DNA of 64,000 nt from Tubulanus polymorphus. Lineage: Eukaryota; Animalia; Nemertea. Of the stretch, positions 1-14,800 are shown in pieces; position 1 is the stretch's first letter; every line of letters begins with the position of its first letter. Location of the stretch: positions 4,620,485-4,684,484 of the forward strand of contig NC_134027.1 of NCBI RefSeq assembly GCF_964204645.1. Reading direction: 5' to 3'. Made by a program: the position numbers and the translations under genes. The notes below the pieces were generated by a model. The model saw only the letters and a program-made list of their open reading frames with translations. It did not search any database and had not been told where the DNA came from.

Positions 1-1339
1 TTGCAACCAACTCAAGTCTTAACCTCTCAATGAATTTATTCATTGGATGGATTTAAAAAGAAAAAAAACCCACCAAAGATCAATTGATTTTGTTTCCCTG
101 TCTTGATGAATGATTAAACTTCATTTTAACTAGGTAGTACAATAGGTCAGACATTCAGTATCTGTTAGGATTTTGATATTCCTGAAGAATGATGGTAATA
201 CCGACCTTGTATACCCATACATGCAGAATACTTTTTTTTCAATCAGATTAGATTGTCATTGTTTATTGCGATGATGATCGCCTTGGTTGTGAGGTTAGGC
301 GTCAATATTCGCAACGTGGCAACTCAGTTTCAATAAAATAAACTATTGAGAATACGCAAATCTGCTTGATTGATTACACAAAGAATAATTGTTTGAATCA
401 AATGAAGACAAATCGTTCAAAAGTGGCGCGTTTCAATGCGAACAATGAAAACAAAAAAGACAAAAAACATCTTCCCATTTTCATAGAATATGTCGAGACA
501 TTCAAAGGAATGAACTGGAAAAATGTTAGAGTTTGTAAAACAATAATAATTCTTCCAATTTCTCGAGAAATTTAGCATTTCTTCAGCGAATGCCCGTTGG
601 GGAAGGGATTATGTATGCTGTATTTTCTCACATAATACTGTGGCCAATGACCGTATCATAATTCATGACAAGGGATTGTTTGGGAGTTTTCAAGGGCAAA
701 CTGCCAGTTAAAGGCATTACATATTTATGGTGACATGTTTTTCGAAAAGATAATACTGATCAAAGGAAATGCTTCGACTGGGATCAGAACAGAAATTCTC
801 TTTTGACATCAGTATGCAAGTGACAAGCTGTGATTAATTGTCACCATATGCTGCACCCTTAGCCATTAAAAACCGTCGCTTAAGTCCATGTATTTTACAG
901 ATGCTGAATGACAAGTGTTCATCACATTCAATGATAATAAATAAATCACTGGCACAATAATCTATGATCAAATGATATATATGATAATATATATATATAT
1001 ATACGGAGGAAGTTTCAGGGTATCTTATAAAAGTACATGATGTATATTCCTAGTGTTATTTGTATTCATTAATTTGTATTAATTTTACATGAAAATAAAA
1101 TCATAAATCATATATTTGTTCTTAGCTATCTTTCTTAGTTCGACGTTCAGGCCCAAAGCCGGGAATTATCAATCATTGGTGGATCGTTATTCCAAAAGAA
1201 CAACATTTCACATCAAATAAAAATACGAAAGAAACAACTCTTCGGTTGGTGACAGACGTGCTTATGACAGTTCATAAACTTATCACTGCTGAATGTAAAA
1301 GAAAGAAATTGAATTTCCGCTCTTTCCAAATGCTAAAAA

Positions 1340-1433
1340 ATTGGGAAAATCAAGGACTTATCAAGAATTTGAACCTGCGACCTGCATAAAATGGTGTCTC
1401 TTATACCGTGCCCTAACCATTGCGCCACAGAAC
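1340..1433 (-). mobile_element. tRNA-derived SINE head or tRNA pseudogene remnant
   Basis: The minus strand has an A-box-like TGGCGCAATGG (1427-1417) and a B-box-like GGTTCAAATTC (1375-1365) at tRNA-like spacing. No intact cloverleaf. Confidence 0.45.
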
Positions 1434-2199
1434 GTTGGTAGTTTGATTACGTTTGAAAGTGTGTCTGTAGGAACCCAGTGGTCAGTGTATAGTGGCCTGT
1501 TAATTGTGGTAACCAGTCAGACGTGGTGCTGGTTGTCAAATGCTATCTTTAATATCATCTCTGACTCTTACAGATAATATATATTGCTGTTTGACGCTTT
1601 GACGCAGAAAAAGGCATTTGGGGTTTTTTAGCGTGTTTCTATGAACGGTCCTGCACGCCACGGAAACCGACTTTTAAGTCCAGTTGGTTATCATACTCGA
1701 AAAAACCTGAATTCTCCCAGAAAACCAGAATGAAAAAAAAACGCTTCTAAGATTTATGAATCGCGTGCTGCGAACGTCTGATATGAGATTACATTTCCAT
1801 GTAAGTTTTTCAAGTGAATTATTCTGGCAGGTAGAGAGAGAGAGACCTCGAGATGAAGTGTGGCTAACACTGTAAATGCTCTATTCAGGCTGATTTCAAT
1901 GGCAAAATACCGACTCCTTCTGACAGGTTGATGGAAGATTTATGATTCTTATTCATTTTTTGTATAAATGCGCAGTGATTGATTTTAGATGAATTCATAT
2001 GAGATTTTTGTCACGATATGAAAGTGGCCTCAAGTTGTTCACATTTCATTTATTGTGAGGCCAGCAATCATTGATATGTTATTATGTTATGTTTGTCTAT
2101 GAAGAAATGTACTTTTGGCGAGGAAATTATCTTTTTGGTGATTTGGGAATTTAAAGGTCAATAATGTGTTCATGGGTATGAATTAATCTTTAGACTAAG

Positions 2200-2226
2200 A
2201 GCGGCAGCAGCAGCGGCAGCAGCAGT
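2200..2226. repeat. (GCA/GCG)n trinucleotide microsatellite
   Basis: agcggcagcagcagcggcagcagcag. Confidence 0.7.
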
Positions 2227-5200
2227 TACTGCTGTGATTCATCGGGTACAAATAGGAAATAAATTTGATCAACTTGAGGCGCAAAGAAAATCAAATAAGT
2301 ATTCATTGTTCACGTCCATTAACCCTGTTTCATCACAAAGGCAAATTATGATCCCAAAGTCGGATAAATGATTTTTCAGACGGCCTTTGGAAGAAAATGC
2401 TTGCTATTCTTTATAGAGTTATTATATGAAACAGGATACGAGTGGTCGTTTAATGATGAATGCATCATTAGACCGCTGATGAAGACTGCGTGGTGAGTAA
2501 AATCACTTACTATTCCGCGCCGCTAGTGTATTTATTCCCTACCGCCGATTGAATGAAAGTTTTTCAAATATGGTTATTTTGTGATATAACTAGATTTCAG
2601 GATGGAATGACTCAGTTCCATACATCGATATAGAGACCGCAAACAAATGCTCTACTTACCCATGCGTCATTTACCCTTCAGTTTAAAGAAAAAAGAAAAT
2701 AATACTTAATCGAATTGGAATCGTGAAAAACATATGACGACACAAGTATAATTGAGATGATATAAGGTGTACTGGAGAAACTGAAGATGTTGGCAAAATC
2801 GGTCGGATATTTCGTGGTCTGTGATCATCCCTTGTACGGCGACGACTTTTGAAGTTCTGGTGACCAAAGCGGAGATGGTTTTTCAGGCAAGGTTGTTAAT
2901 TGTCCGATGCCTTAAGACATCTCCAGTGCGCACCACTTGCTGTCTGTCTGTTGGTCTCGTCATCATTAGTGTTTATCAGGTCGGAGAGCAATTCAAACAA
3001 ATACTCTGTATCCACATCGAGATTACACCCGTAGGCTCTACAGCCAATACTGTTTTAGCCTTTGTGAAATGATTTCTTTGTTTCTCGTATTTTGGGTAAG
3101 CCACGCGAAACAACACCAGTACTGAGCTAACACTTCACCGATCTCCACTGTGTCGCTGATGCCGTTTCAACGCGATATCGTTTCAGTACTATACGTCTCG
3201 AATATCCATCTTTGAACATCTAAACTAAACATTTAGTTTGTGAGGCCCTATTTGCAATTCTTTATATCGGACAAATGAGATATGTGCATAACTTCGGCCG
3301 CCGGCGGTTACCTAAATAGATATAATAATAAAGTCAACCGTTAATGAAAGGGTCGCAGCTTCTTCGCTCAATTTCGCCAATTGAGTCAACGATATTTTTG
3401 TATATTCGTAACCTCTTCGACTTGCAAATATATTTCACTGATGCAGAGAAATCACGTTTTATTATTGCTCAGAGGCATTCGACGCCTGTCTAAGAAAATG
3501 AATTAAGCATATTCGGAACAACTGGAATGATGGGCATCTTTCACAAAGAAGGTTTTCAGCATCGGCTGTAACATGATTTCTAATACAAAGTGATACAGTA
3601 TCGTCGATTTTTTCTGCAAACAATTTTCCTCTCTACACTTGTTGGGGTTTGGAGGGGTAACATCTTTGCCAAACAGAGGGATAAAATGTTTACCAACTTC
3701 ACCTGTCTATTCTTCGAAGAGAATTCTAAGTTTAAGTATAACTGGATAGACTTCAGGTGCTACACCTGTTTGCTGTACCTCCAACATTGCTGATATTCCT
3801 ATAAATCTGCCCAAATTCTCTGCTAAAGTATTTATTATACCATCTACAAAGGGTTATTGTGGGAATGTTTCGAATGTTGAATTATTTCGATGACTTTCGT
3901 AGACGCTTTATGAAGTTACAAGTGATATCAGAGTTCACGTACTGATCACCAGGTCCATTCCCATTGACAATCTTCAACTGTGTTTCGCATTTTCTGTATT
4001 AATAGGGGTTGAATTGTTTTCCTTGTTATGATTATATCGTTTAGCTTCTGTTTGGAAAATTAACGCAGGGGGTGATTCAGTAGTGGGGTGTTTGGACTTC
4101 TCATTAAAATCAAGGTAGACTGTATGAGTAAAAGCCCACTACTAAATTCCCCAGTTCATTAGTGTTTCACCTGTTGGAAATTGGAGGTGCATTACCTGTA
4201 CCCTCGTAAACCGCCTCCTTTTCGGCTTTGAAGTAGAAACAGCAGAACCTGTCCATGCATATCACATGAACCAGTCTCACCTTTTCTTAAGCCACTGGAT
4301 TATGCAATAGTTAAACATGATTCAGGATGTAATGTATTTGTTAGTTGTGTCTGTATTAGAATTATATATCTACGCGCAGCTGAAACTGTTTGATTAGTTT
4401 CTGTAATTAATGAAAATCTGTAGATTGTTAACTAACGCCAAGAGATGAACTATGAAAACATGAAATGCTATGAGGACCATATTCGAATGGTTGCGAGTTC
4501 AGTTGTGAAAATATAGAAGAATCATCGTAACTTACTGGCAAATACCCGCCAACAGCCTGGTTAGAAATCGCTGAAATGTGTTGACGTAACTTAGTTACAA
4601 AATTCTATTTCGTGGGATTTCTATCGGGCATTGAAAAATGTTAATATCCTTAAAAGGACATTCGCGGTCGACGACTGTATGTGCTGCGACTTAGGAGGAG
4701 TAACGTGACAAACATTTACTAGTCACCGTCAATGTTTCTCTCTGAGACTTTATTCACCTTTATTTTGACGTTGATTCATATTCAGTTGATTTTAGATGCG
4801 GTACTAATATATCTATCATTCAAGTTAGACCTGTTGTGTTTATAGATTTACTTTGCACTTGTTATACCTGGAAAGAATGCTCCACATTTTTTTGCAAAAC
4901 AGATTTATTTCACTGACATTTTGTATATAGAAAATATTTGTCGGAAAACTTGAAAAAAAGTCAGATGCGCATTCCTCACGGTTCAAAGCTTTTTGAAACT
5001 GCTCGCCGAGTTTTATGTAACTAAAAAGTTTCCATTGATAGAAATTCCATATGGGCTTGTATAGGGGGAATGATCAGTAGATCTTTTTTCCTGATGAAAT
5101 CATCAGTTCTTTCTTGATTCTTTGGTTGTACATGATAGACTAATCTGACAAATGCAGCCTAGTAGGGGTCACTGCAGTCTGCTCAAATTAAAGGTTGTAA

Positions 5201-8200
5201 GTTAACTGCATTGAACAGTGGGAGTGGAGATTAATTGGTGAGATGAGTTCTGAACGTCTTTGTCGTTTTGAAAAAGTCTTTTTGTTTGATTCTGTGGGTT
5301 TCTCAACACACTTGTCCCAATTAGTTTAGTGAAGGTGTTTTCCGCATGCAGCTCAGCGGGGGATCTACTTCAAGAATCCAGTTTTGCTTCGAGGAAAGAT
5401 TCTCGTATCGCCGAATGAATCAATGCGTTTGAAGAAGAATTAATCAGTCGATTTTCCTGAAAAATGCTCAGTAATTTTGCAAACAACTATAGAAATGAAT
5501 TAGAGTTACAACCGTTGTTATTTTTGGTATAACCTCATGTTTATTTATCTTTTATTTATAAGTAGAGGTTTAGTGTTTAATGTATAACATATATTAGCTG
5601 TTAATATAATAAATATTATTTGTGCAGATGATGTCAGAAATGTTTATAAATCCTCGGTGCACTTCTATACATCAAATATACCAGGCAGTACGTTACCGCC
5701 ACCTAGGTTTCAGTCGACCGAAAATACTTTCCATTTCACTTCACATTGTTTCGCTTTTATTCGATGACAATTAAAGATATTTCTTCAAAATGGAGCTTGG
5801 AAACAACGATCTTTTTAAAACTATTGATCGGAAAATCTCATTCAAGTAAAAGTAATTAACTGAAATGTTTCGCCGTTCAACTGCGTTAATCACTTTGCAC
5901 TGAGCGGCTGAAACAGCCTGGATACCGCGGTGGTGTACGTGCCTTCAACCAAGGGTGAAATAGGGTGTACTGATATGCAAAATTCTTCTCAGAATTTACT
6001 GGTTGCCTGACGTAAACTTACCTTGATCGTACCCATTGCAGGTACATGCACCACACCAAAGCATACCACACGATCTTGGCAAGCATCCTTTATTACACCT
6101 GTCCATGACAATGATACATAATACCACGGATAGCATTATTACCTGAAGCGAACCTGGTCCGATTCATCTTCTTTCTTACTGGATGGAATTCACTTTGTTA
6201 GTTTTGTTTCGGTAGTAAACAGCCAGACTTGCTCGAGCAACTGTTATGACAATTAGGTGAAACGGTTGCTAGGTAGGGCGTGCACGGGTCAGGGCCCAGT
6301 CTTCAAGTGGATATGTGTCAATTGGGCTTCAATTCAATGATATCTGAAATTCAGTTAACCGAACCTTTTAAACTTGTCATTTCAGTAGTGAATATGTAGA
6401 ATATCTTGTTTTGCATGATGTGACCAAAAACCCACAATTAAGGCGTTTCATATAACTTTAATTTTCGGGCTAAAATGTTACCTAGGAAACAGGTTTTATG
6501 AACTTTTAGATCAGTTATAATTGGTTTGGTAACAGTGAATTTAGGTGCATTCCACAGCGTTTTGTACTTCTTGCACTTTCATAACTTGTTCACTAAAAAT
6601 AAGTATTCAAGTAACTATGGCTGCGTCTTTGACATTCTTCGGATTTTTTGTGCGCAAAAATTGCCATTCTTGTTGGAAATATATAAGCAGGTGCCATTGA
6701 AAAACTGTTCATTGGGATGTTCTCATATCCATCAGATTTGGCAGTTTAAGAGTTGAACGTGTCCGTGAAAATGCCCACAATTCAAACTAAATACTTTTGA
6801 AAATGATTAATCATTTCTCTCAGAAAACCTCCCAGATTTTTACCTGTCAATGTACGCACTGATATGTGATGGCTTCATACAAATGGATGTTACCTGCGTG
6901 CTTGTGCGTTGTTATTTTTAGCAGTCATCTTTAAGGAACTATTTCAACCTTTTACCTCTCGTCATGAAGAGCTTGTTTTGATCCCGCATCAGATTTCGCT
7001 CTTTTGCATTTTTTCACAGAGTTTTTGGTTTACTAATTTCTAAATCCTGAATTCTAAGTTCGCAACCGTAACATGTTTTCAAATTTCCCTCGCACCTTCG
7101 CACCGGAAGGTCCTGCCATCTACGACGTCATTTTTGAACTAAATTTGTTCAAAAGTTTGACTGACTGCCAGTCTAATTCTGTACCAAGAATGTAGAGACC
7201 GGCAACCAGTCTATTCAAAAGTTTGGCTGCTACCACATATTCCAAAATCACATTGACTTTCAAATGAAAAGTAAATAAGAAAACTATTCAGATGTTAAGA
7301 TACTTATTTCTATAGAAAATGTTTATGTTTAATAGTAAAAACAACATCCTTCAGTATGTAATGTAAATGAAAGAAAATAGTATTTACACTCTTGAAAGGC
7401 GGCATCTCATCATATTGATGACACCTTGTTTTAATTTTTTCAGTGATTATTTTCACTCGATACTACTATTATTGTCGAGTGTTATTAATATTGAACGATT
7501 CGGGATATTTTGCATCTGGGATCATTTTTTTTAGTTGAAATGATTTATTATAACGGGGTTATGATAGGATATATACATATTTTCATGGTTGGGGCATATT
7601 TTTGTTTGTAGCGAAGATTTGTGAACTTTGCTTTAATGAATTAGTGCAGCTGACATTAAGTGTATATAAAACACAGGTAGATGAGGATAACTTGTAAACA
7701 ACCCTGTCCAACAACTGTTGTCTGCATCACTCATTTCGAAATCAATGATTCATGCCCAAACGATTAATGCGCCATGTGTTTGAACTTTTGGATCTATCGT
7801 TTTTGTATTCGGTGAAGAAATATATCAAGGGTCAAGTGAATAAACATTAGTCCTTTTGGGTCCTTTTTAGATGTTTATTTGCTGCCATGCTTCATTGGAA
7901 TTTATGGCCAGTGACAGGTGACTTATTGTTTTTTGATACAGTCCAGTCTGGCCAGTCATCAGCTGTTTTTTCGGGTAAGCTGTTTGGGTTTGGCACGCGT
8001 CTCTGCTGTTCAGGCTTGTTAGATGTCAGACTTTTATTATATCTGACCCTCAAGCGCAGGGCAGATCATCCATATGTTCATCCCATAAAAGTGAAGTTAT
8101 CTACTTGTTGTGATGTTGTACCCATCGCTTACAAAGTTTGTGGTTGGCATCTGCGTCTGTTCATTGAACGCATTGAAATACATTTTACTGGGTGTTGACA

Positions 8201-8637
8201 GGACTGAAGCTCAAAAAATCGCCTGGGTAGAGATTATCCCGGTGTTAATGGGTTGCGTTGATAACTTCACTCATCAGTGCGGCGCGATTCTCAATTTTAA
8301 TGTCCTGTTTCCCATAATATTTTTTGAATAATGACTTAGTTATCATCATGGGAAACTAGAGATGAGATGTTTCACTGCACATAAATTTTATCTAAAACTG
8401 TTACGCATTTTAGATTGTGTATAATTGCACTTTACACAGTTCAGGTTTTTGTTTTAGTTCCGGCAGAAATCTTAAGTCTGTTCGCTCGATGATCATCGCG
8501 TATTAAATGTAAAGTTTGATGTGAGAATATTTGCAGCTCTTTTCCTAATGAGAATTGATTGTTGAACTAATGGATCAAAGCGAACGCAAACGTCTCACCT
8601 GTCCTTAACAGATACCTATATCGTGGCTTGAAACTTT

Positions 8638-8880
8638 AAAACAAGAGCTCTTGTCAACAAGCACACTAATCGTAATTGTAAAATAAACAAACTCATCCCA
8701 TTTTTTGCAAAACATCCAGCTGGAAAAATCTATTAATAAAAACCCACGCGCTGTTACCCGTTATTTCAGCAGGAAAAATCGACAAATTTCATGAAATTGA
8801 AAACTTAAAAACGGTTGCTGGGCATGGCCTATGTTCCGACTCTATCTGGACGGACAAACCTCAAATAACAAACAAACTGA
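8638..8880. mobile_element. Degraded Helentron/HINE-like fragment
   Basis: Starts aaaacaagagc and contains aaatttcatgaa and ggacggacaaac, motifs typical of marine-invertebrate HINEs. No intact terminal hairpin seen. Confidence 0.25.
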
Positions 8881-11800
8881 GCAATAATTCAAAGTGTACT
8901 TTCTGACTCAAATTCGAAAAATTACAGCGTGAGCACCAATTAGCCAGCTCGTTGTCAGGTAGAACCAGCCTTCATGTACATTACATCACTCAAACAGTTG
9001 CTAGTTTCATAATAAATAATGAGTCTAAAAGTTAAACTAACTGTCGGTTAAACATATCATATTTACTGTCATAATAGGTTAAAGTTGGCAGTTTTCTGCT
9101 ATTTTTTTTTGTTTTGAAAGTCAGATGTCTGCATGACCAGCCAGTTAGCCGAATTGTTTCCGAGGAACAGAGCTATTTTTACTGTGAGTTATTAGAATGA
9201 TAGTATTTAACTTATCAACAATGACGTTTTTATGAAGTTGAATTTTTAATTGCCATTACATTAATTACTAACGAAAAAGTCAGTTAAGAACTAAATATTG
9301 AATAGTATTCATTTAGATAGATTTTTTTCAGATTTAATGAAGTGTTTTTACTATCACTGCGATATTTTTATTGGTTGTTTACATAAACTGCCGAACCTTT
9401 TGTTCTCTATTCACCATTTCATCTGTGAGATGTTAATATGTATTTAGGTGTTTACAACTCCTTACACGAGTTTTTACCTGTCCAGCCATTAGACTCAAGC
9501 TGTGAGCGAAATTCACAAATGTTACATCTAAATACATATGTCGTGTCTCACTCATAGCGTAACCTATGAAAGCAGCTTGCCACGTGGCTGCTCACATAAA
9601 ATACTCATTTTCTGACGGTGAGCTTTCTGGCTCCGCTTGTGTCAGAATTATCTCTATTATAACCTGTTTTTCGGAGTAAATTATTCTTATTTATGAGCCA
9701 TCATTTTTTAAAAAGATAATTTCTACAAACGTCTGCGCGCATGTTTAATGCCATGTTGCGTAAAATGTTTACTTGGATGCAATTATTCCGGTTGCCTTGA
9801 TCCTAATTGATAAAATGTAGCGCACATGTAATTGACTTCAAACATACATACGACTAGCTAAATTCAGCTAATCCACCTATTTGAAGATTAGGCTTTTGAT
9901 ACGCCCCCTGTAGATTTCAAGTATATATATTCATTGCCTTGGTTTGTGTTACATATTTTCAAGGAGCAAAAGTAGCAATTTCGAGCATCTTCGATCTTAA
10001 ATCTCGTGGTAATTTGATATAGATCAGCCTAATTCCATACGATTAATCCTTTCCGGGAGATCAGCCGATAGATATTTTGTGGTCAAGTAGACCAGGTGAA
10101 TTATAGACGCTCAATTATAGGATTAAAAGATGGTTTGCAAAACGTTTTGTATTTATGCGATTACGTATGACCTATGGGTGATATATAAACACATTATAAG
10201 CTACCGGTTTGAATTTTATGATGTGTTCATTTAGAAAATCGTCGAATTCTGCTGGTCAAAGGTTTATGAAAAACGCTACGTATCTTTGTCTTGAGAGATA
10301 ATAATATGTATTTCGCCATGTACATATGCAGTATAAATGATATATAGATTATAAACAATTTACATACATACGAGGCTGGATGCTTGGAAAGCCAATGGAG
10401 GCTGTGTCCCGTAGGGATCCAAGCACCCAGAAAAAAGATCAAAATTTAATGAAATTAGGTAGAATGAGGGTGAAATGGAAACGCGAAATGGGAGTAATCT
10501 GTCCGCTGTAGAAGTTTTAGATACATCAGTTTGATTCATTAACTTCAAAGAATTGTGCTTTAAATGACTTAAGATTTTGCAAAGTTGAATGCATAGGTTT
10601 GAATGCTCCACTAAGCCCAGAGTATATATAAAAAGCCTCTCTAGAAAAAAGTTCTAATATTGATAGTTTATAAGATCGCTTAAGTGTTGTTGGCTATAAT
10701 CAAAAATACATTATGTATTTTGCTATAATGTAAGACAGTGCCCGTGGTTTTCAGTTGATCCGTGTCCAGCGCAGGGTAGTATTTCTCCCTGTACACGTGA
10801 TCTGATCAGATAAGATTTTTATCTGTTGGTGTATCAGTGCAAGAGGATCTGTCTTTGCAGTGAGCCATGTCATTGAGCAAATTGGCATGTACTGTTCGCC
10901 ATATTCTACTCAACAGAACTGTTGATTGATAGTTAATTGGTGGAACCATCATTTTGCGAGGTGGAGTTGATAGATGCTGTTTCACTGGTCTTCTCGTGTC
11001 TATTCCCAAAATAACCGACTTTGTGACCCTGCGACTAAATTCAACATTATTTCTCTTTGGTGTGTGCGTCTTAAAGATATCATTAGAAGAATATCCATCA
11101 ATGTCAATGATAAATCCACTTGTTCTGGTGGGAATTCGGACCACCATTTGAGAGGGTCACTAACCTTTCAATGAAAATAAGATAGTTGACCCTTGCCTTT
11201 GACAGACTGGAAACGCATCATTTCCGACTGGCCATTCATAGATAGAAAAAAGATAGGCATAAAAAAATGTCATTGAGGAAAAGAAAGATGATATACATGC
11301 TCTGTAGTGAATGGAGATTTTCATCAAATTTAAGACTTCGACTTTTATACGTTGAACAATGCCATAAAACACACTGACCCTTTGACATGATGAGAATGCA
11401 CAATCAGAATATTTTTGTTACAAAAGATGCCCACATCAGATACAAGGATATTTTATCAGAACGTATATGAACTGCCGCGGGCATTAATGGTTGAGCTTGA
11501 GAAGGTCAATGCAAAACGTCGCACAATACATCCAATTACTTGCTATAAATGTAAGATTTCCCCAGCGAAAAGTTTGTGGTTCATTTTGTTTGAGCCAGCT
11601 TCCAGTTAAAAGGTTCCATGTGACTTGGTTGTAATGTGGCTGGTTACAGTGGGATTCAGAGAGTCGATCAAAAATTCACCTGTAAACTGATTATTTATGC
11701 CAAGTGATACTGATCTATATACGTTTTGACAAAATATCCCCGGGTTAAGACAGTAGTTTGTGTATAGCTGTAGGGCGGATGTGGATGCCCAGCAGGGGTG

Positions 11801-14800
11801 AAGCACTGATACTGTTCAAGTATCTGCCCAGTAACTGTACAATGTTGTTGTCTTTAGATGATTAGTATCTGATGTTGCTACATGATCTGGAGACAGAATA
11901 ATTTGTTGGTAGATTGTAAAACTTTATGTAAAATTCTGTCTAGAAATTCATTTCATGTTTTTGAAGCTATCTCATTTCTAATATTCAAATAAAGTCTACA
12001 TTCGAGTGTTTTTTTTACTATCTGAGTGATTTTGTAAAATGATTCGTGATTGCTACGATGATGGCCACAATGATATCAATTTCCATTCTAGTAGTTGGGC
12101 AGATAGCCTAGATAAACACCTCCAATCACCTCCAGAATACGAAGGTTGCCCTGGCGATGGGCTGTAAACACTTGTGGTCAGTGATAAGAAGACCCGTTAT
12201 CACGCACGGACCACACACACTTAGTGTTCTAAACTATTTTGGGGGAGATCATTTAAGTAACCTGATCATTATTGGACATATTTTCACATTGGTCTTAATT
12301 GGTCAGGATGATTGTTGTATACAAACAAAATTGTTATTATTTATGATAACAGTATCATTGACATGAAATTCCCCCAGAGCCAAATATAAGTATAGATTTG
12401 TACATGATGACAATATATCATATCGTCTATCCGTGGTAGTGATTCAGTGACTATTTGAGACCGGCATCGATATTCGATGGAATCAACTTAATGACTGTAT
12501 ACCTTCAAAATCCCTTTTCAACAAGTTTGTGAAAGGTAGAAACCACAGTTCCGCATCGGCCATTGTGACTGCGTCATAAATCTTATGTCCACCGGCTAAT
12601 CAGATTCTTGTTGCCTTTCGGTCAGTTGGCTGTATTCTGTGTGGGTCCTTTTTTCATTGTCGTCGTATAATGATTTTCGAATTGCCCTCCGGTCCAATAA
12701 CCCTCAGTTGAGGTTAATGACAGGTGCATTTTTGTACTTAGTTTGAAAAATTTTCAAATCTAAATAAATTTGAAAAGGGTCGGCTATGATGTATTAATGG
12801 TTGAGAATAGCGCTCTCCGAACATGGCGTCTTTGGGTATACAAATAAACTGGATTCTTTTCATCAGCGATGATACGAGATTATTTTCCCTTTGGTCCACC
12901 GCCCTGAATCACATGCACCTTACGCACATTCTACGGACAATTCTTTGGGTCACTTACAAATCATAATCAGCAGCACCTGTACAATGGTGCTCTATGTTCT
13001 TTTGTCGGGCCATATTATGCGCTAACGGAACCAAAGCTTTGTAGCCTAGTTTTATTGCAACGTTGACAATATCTCTTTTTACACTTTTGATGGGAGACGT
13101 TTTACATATCGATAAAGAACTGATTGTTAGTGTGACGGAACTCGACTACTTCCTGCCCATCCTCGAACGCCGTTTGGTCAAGTTGAAATCACCTGACATT
13201 CATGCTTTTGTGTTGAACCTGTTGTGTGCTCCCTGAACAAGTGCACAGATAAGTCTTTGTGATTTGTGTGCAGCAATTTTTTAATGCCATCAATAGGTTC
13301 TTTGGTCTGATAGACGCTATAAGGATCTCTGATCTAGGTACCTCCCACTGTCTATACATTTATATTGCCCCCCGTGCACGGAGGATGGAGAGATGGGTGC
13401 GGCTGCTGATCAAGGATGCAGACATCATTGTTGATACATCCTCTAGTAACACTTTTTTCTATTAAAAGGATGCGTAGCATCTTTCAAAATCCTTCAAGTC
13501 AAGTTTATGCGTTTGCATTTGAGAGGGTGTGCGAGGAGTCCGCTATGTGTGAATTGCATAAAAAGCAAACGAATTCATTTGAAATATACGTCCCTATACG
13601 GTGTGCTATTAAAAGTGGTCCGATGATGTAAGTGTTGATCTACCTGTTAAATCGATTCAAAAAACGACTATTGAAACACTCCCCAGGTCAATGATAGAGT
13701 GCATCAATTTTGAAATAGCGGAACACTAAATGCTTAGAATAGATATTAAAGCAATTTAAGCAACGACGACTGCATTTTTGTATTGATTTGTGATTTCACC
13801 TTTTTAAAGTTGTACTTAATGGTAAATTGAGAATGAAAATTTCACAGAAACAACGACTTGGAAAAATAAAGCCGAACATTTCGGGCAACATTGAATTCGG
13901 CCACTCCTGTGGTTGATAAAAATTCTTTTGAAACAGGTTTGCAAGACAGGTTCCTGGATTCGGTGGCTCCATGGTCACCTAGTCTATACCCTTTGTATCA
14001 TTGGTTTAAGCCCGAAAAATTGGAAGGTGCATTCTCGGAAGCAACCTGCGCAAGATTTTGTGTCCCTACCAATCATTCCCTTAACCGCAAAGTCAATAAA
14101 TTCATGCCCCGCATAGCGAGTTTCCAAATTGAAAAAGTGAATGTCTTTCTTCGTTCGATATTCAATTACATTTAAGTTTCTGACAATGCTACAATTGGAG
14201 GACTGTATATCTACATAAGACTTTCTATTTCGAGTTTTTAAAAAAAGTGAAATCTGACTAATTTTCACGAAAGCATCAACCACCGAAATAGATAACTGGG
14301 CAGTTTTTTTCACAATCATATAGAATAGCTACTAAGATTATGAAAATAATGTCCTGTTCATAGAATATTCACTCTACATTTTTAATTCATTTTTTATAAT
14401 GTCTAGAGTCTGGTGCATGCGTAGCATGTGTTGAGCCGTGTGGCAACACTCCATTATAGTCACCCTAAATCACGTTAACTTGGAAAATATATTCTCATTT
14501 AATTAACGCCAGTGTAGATGTAACATATGATTTAGGAATTAACCCATCATTTCGATTGTTTACGTGGTATTGTCGAGAACGCATTAGGACTCACTTCGCA
14601 CAAGACGCGCAATCTTTTGTCACGTTCAGTATAACTATTGTTTTTGGCTTCAGCAAGTCGAAACTTAAAAAAGCATTTTTACGTGGACACGTTCGTCTTT
14701 TGTTGATAATCTTTTTCATTGACACCTTTTTCAAATATGAGAGAATCTAAACCGAATGATTCAGTGATTAATGAGTATTTTGCGACCATATGGTGCAATT

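Noticed and set aside
2740-3220. Coding-like composition on the minus strand
   Set aside because: All frames are interrupted and no recognisable motif is present.
10227-11890. Cluster of overlapping short ORFs, including DPLKWW (hAT dimerisation-like)
   Set aside because: The downstream SER.FS motif is absent, there are multiple stops and no family is recognisable. At most a decayed relic.
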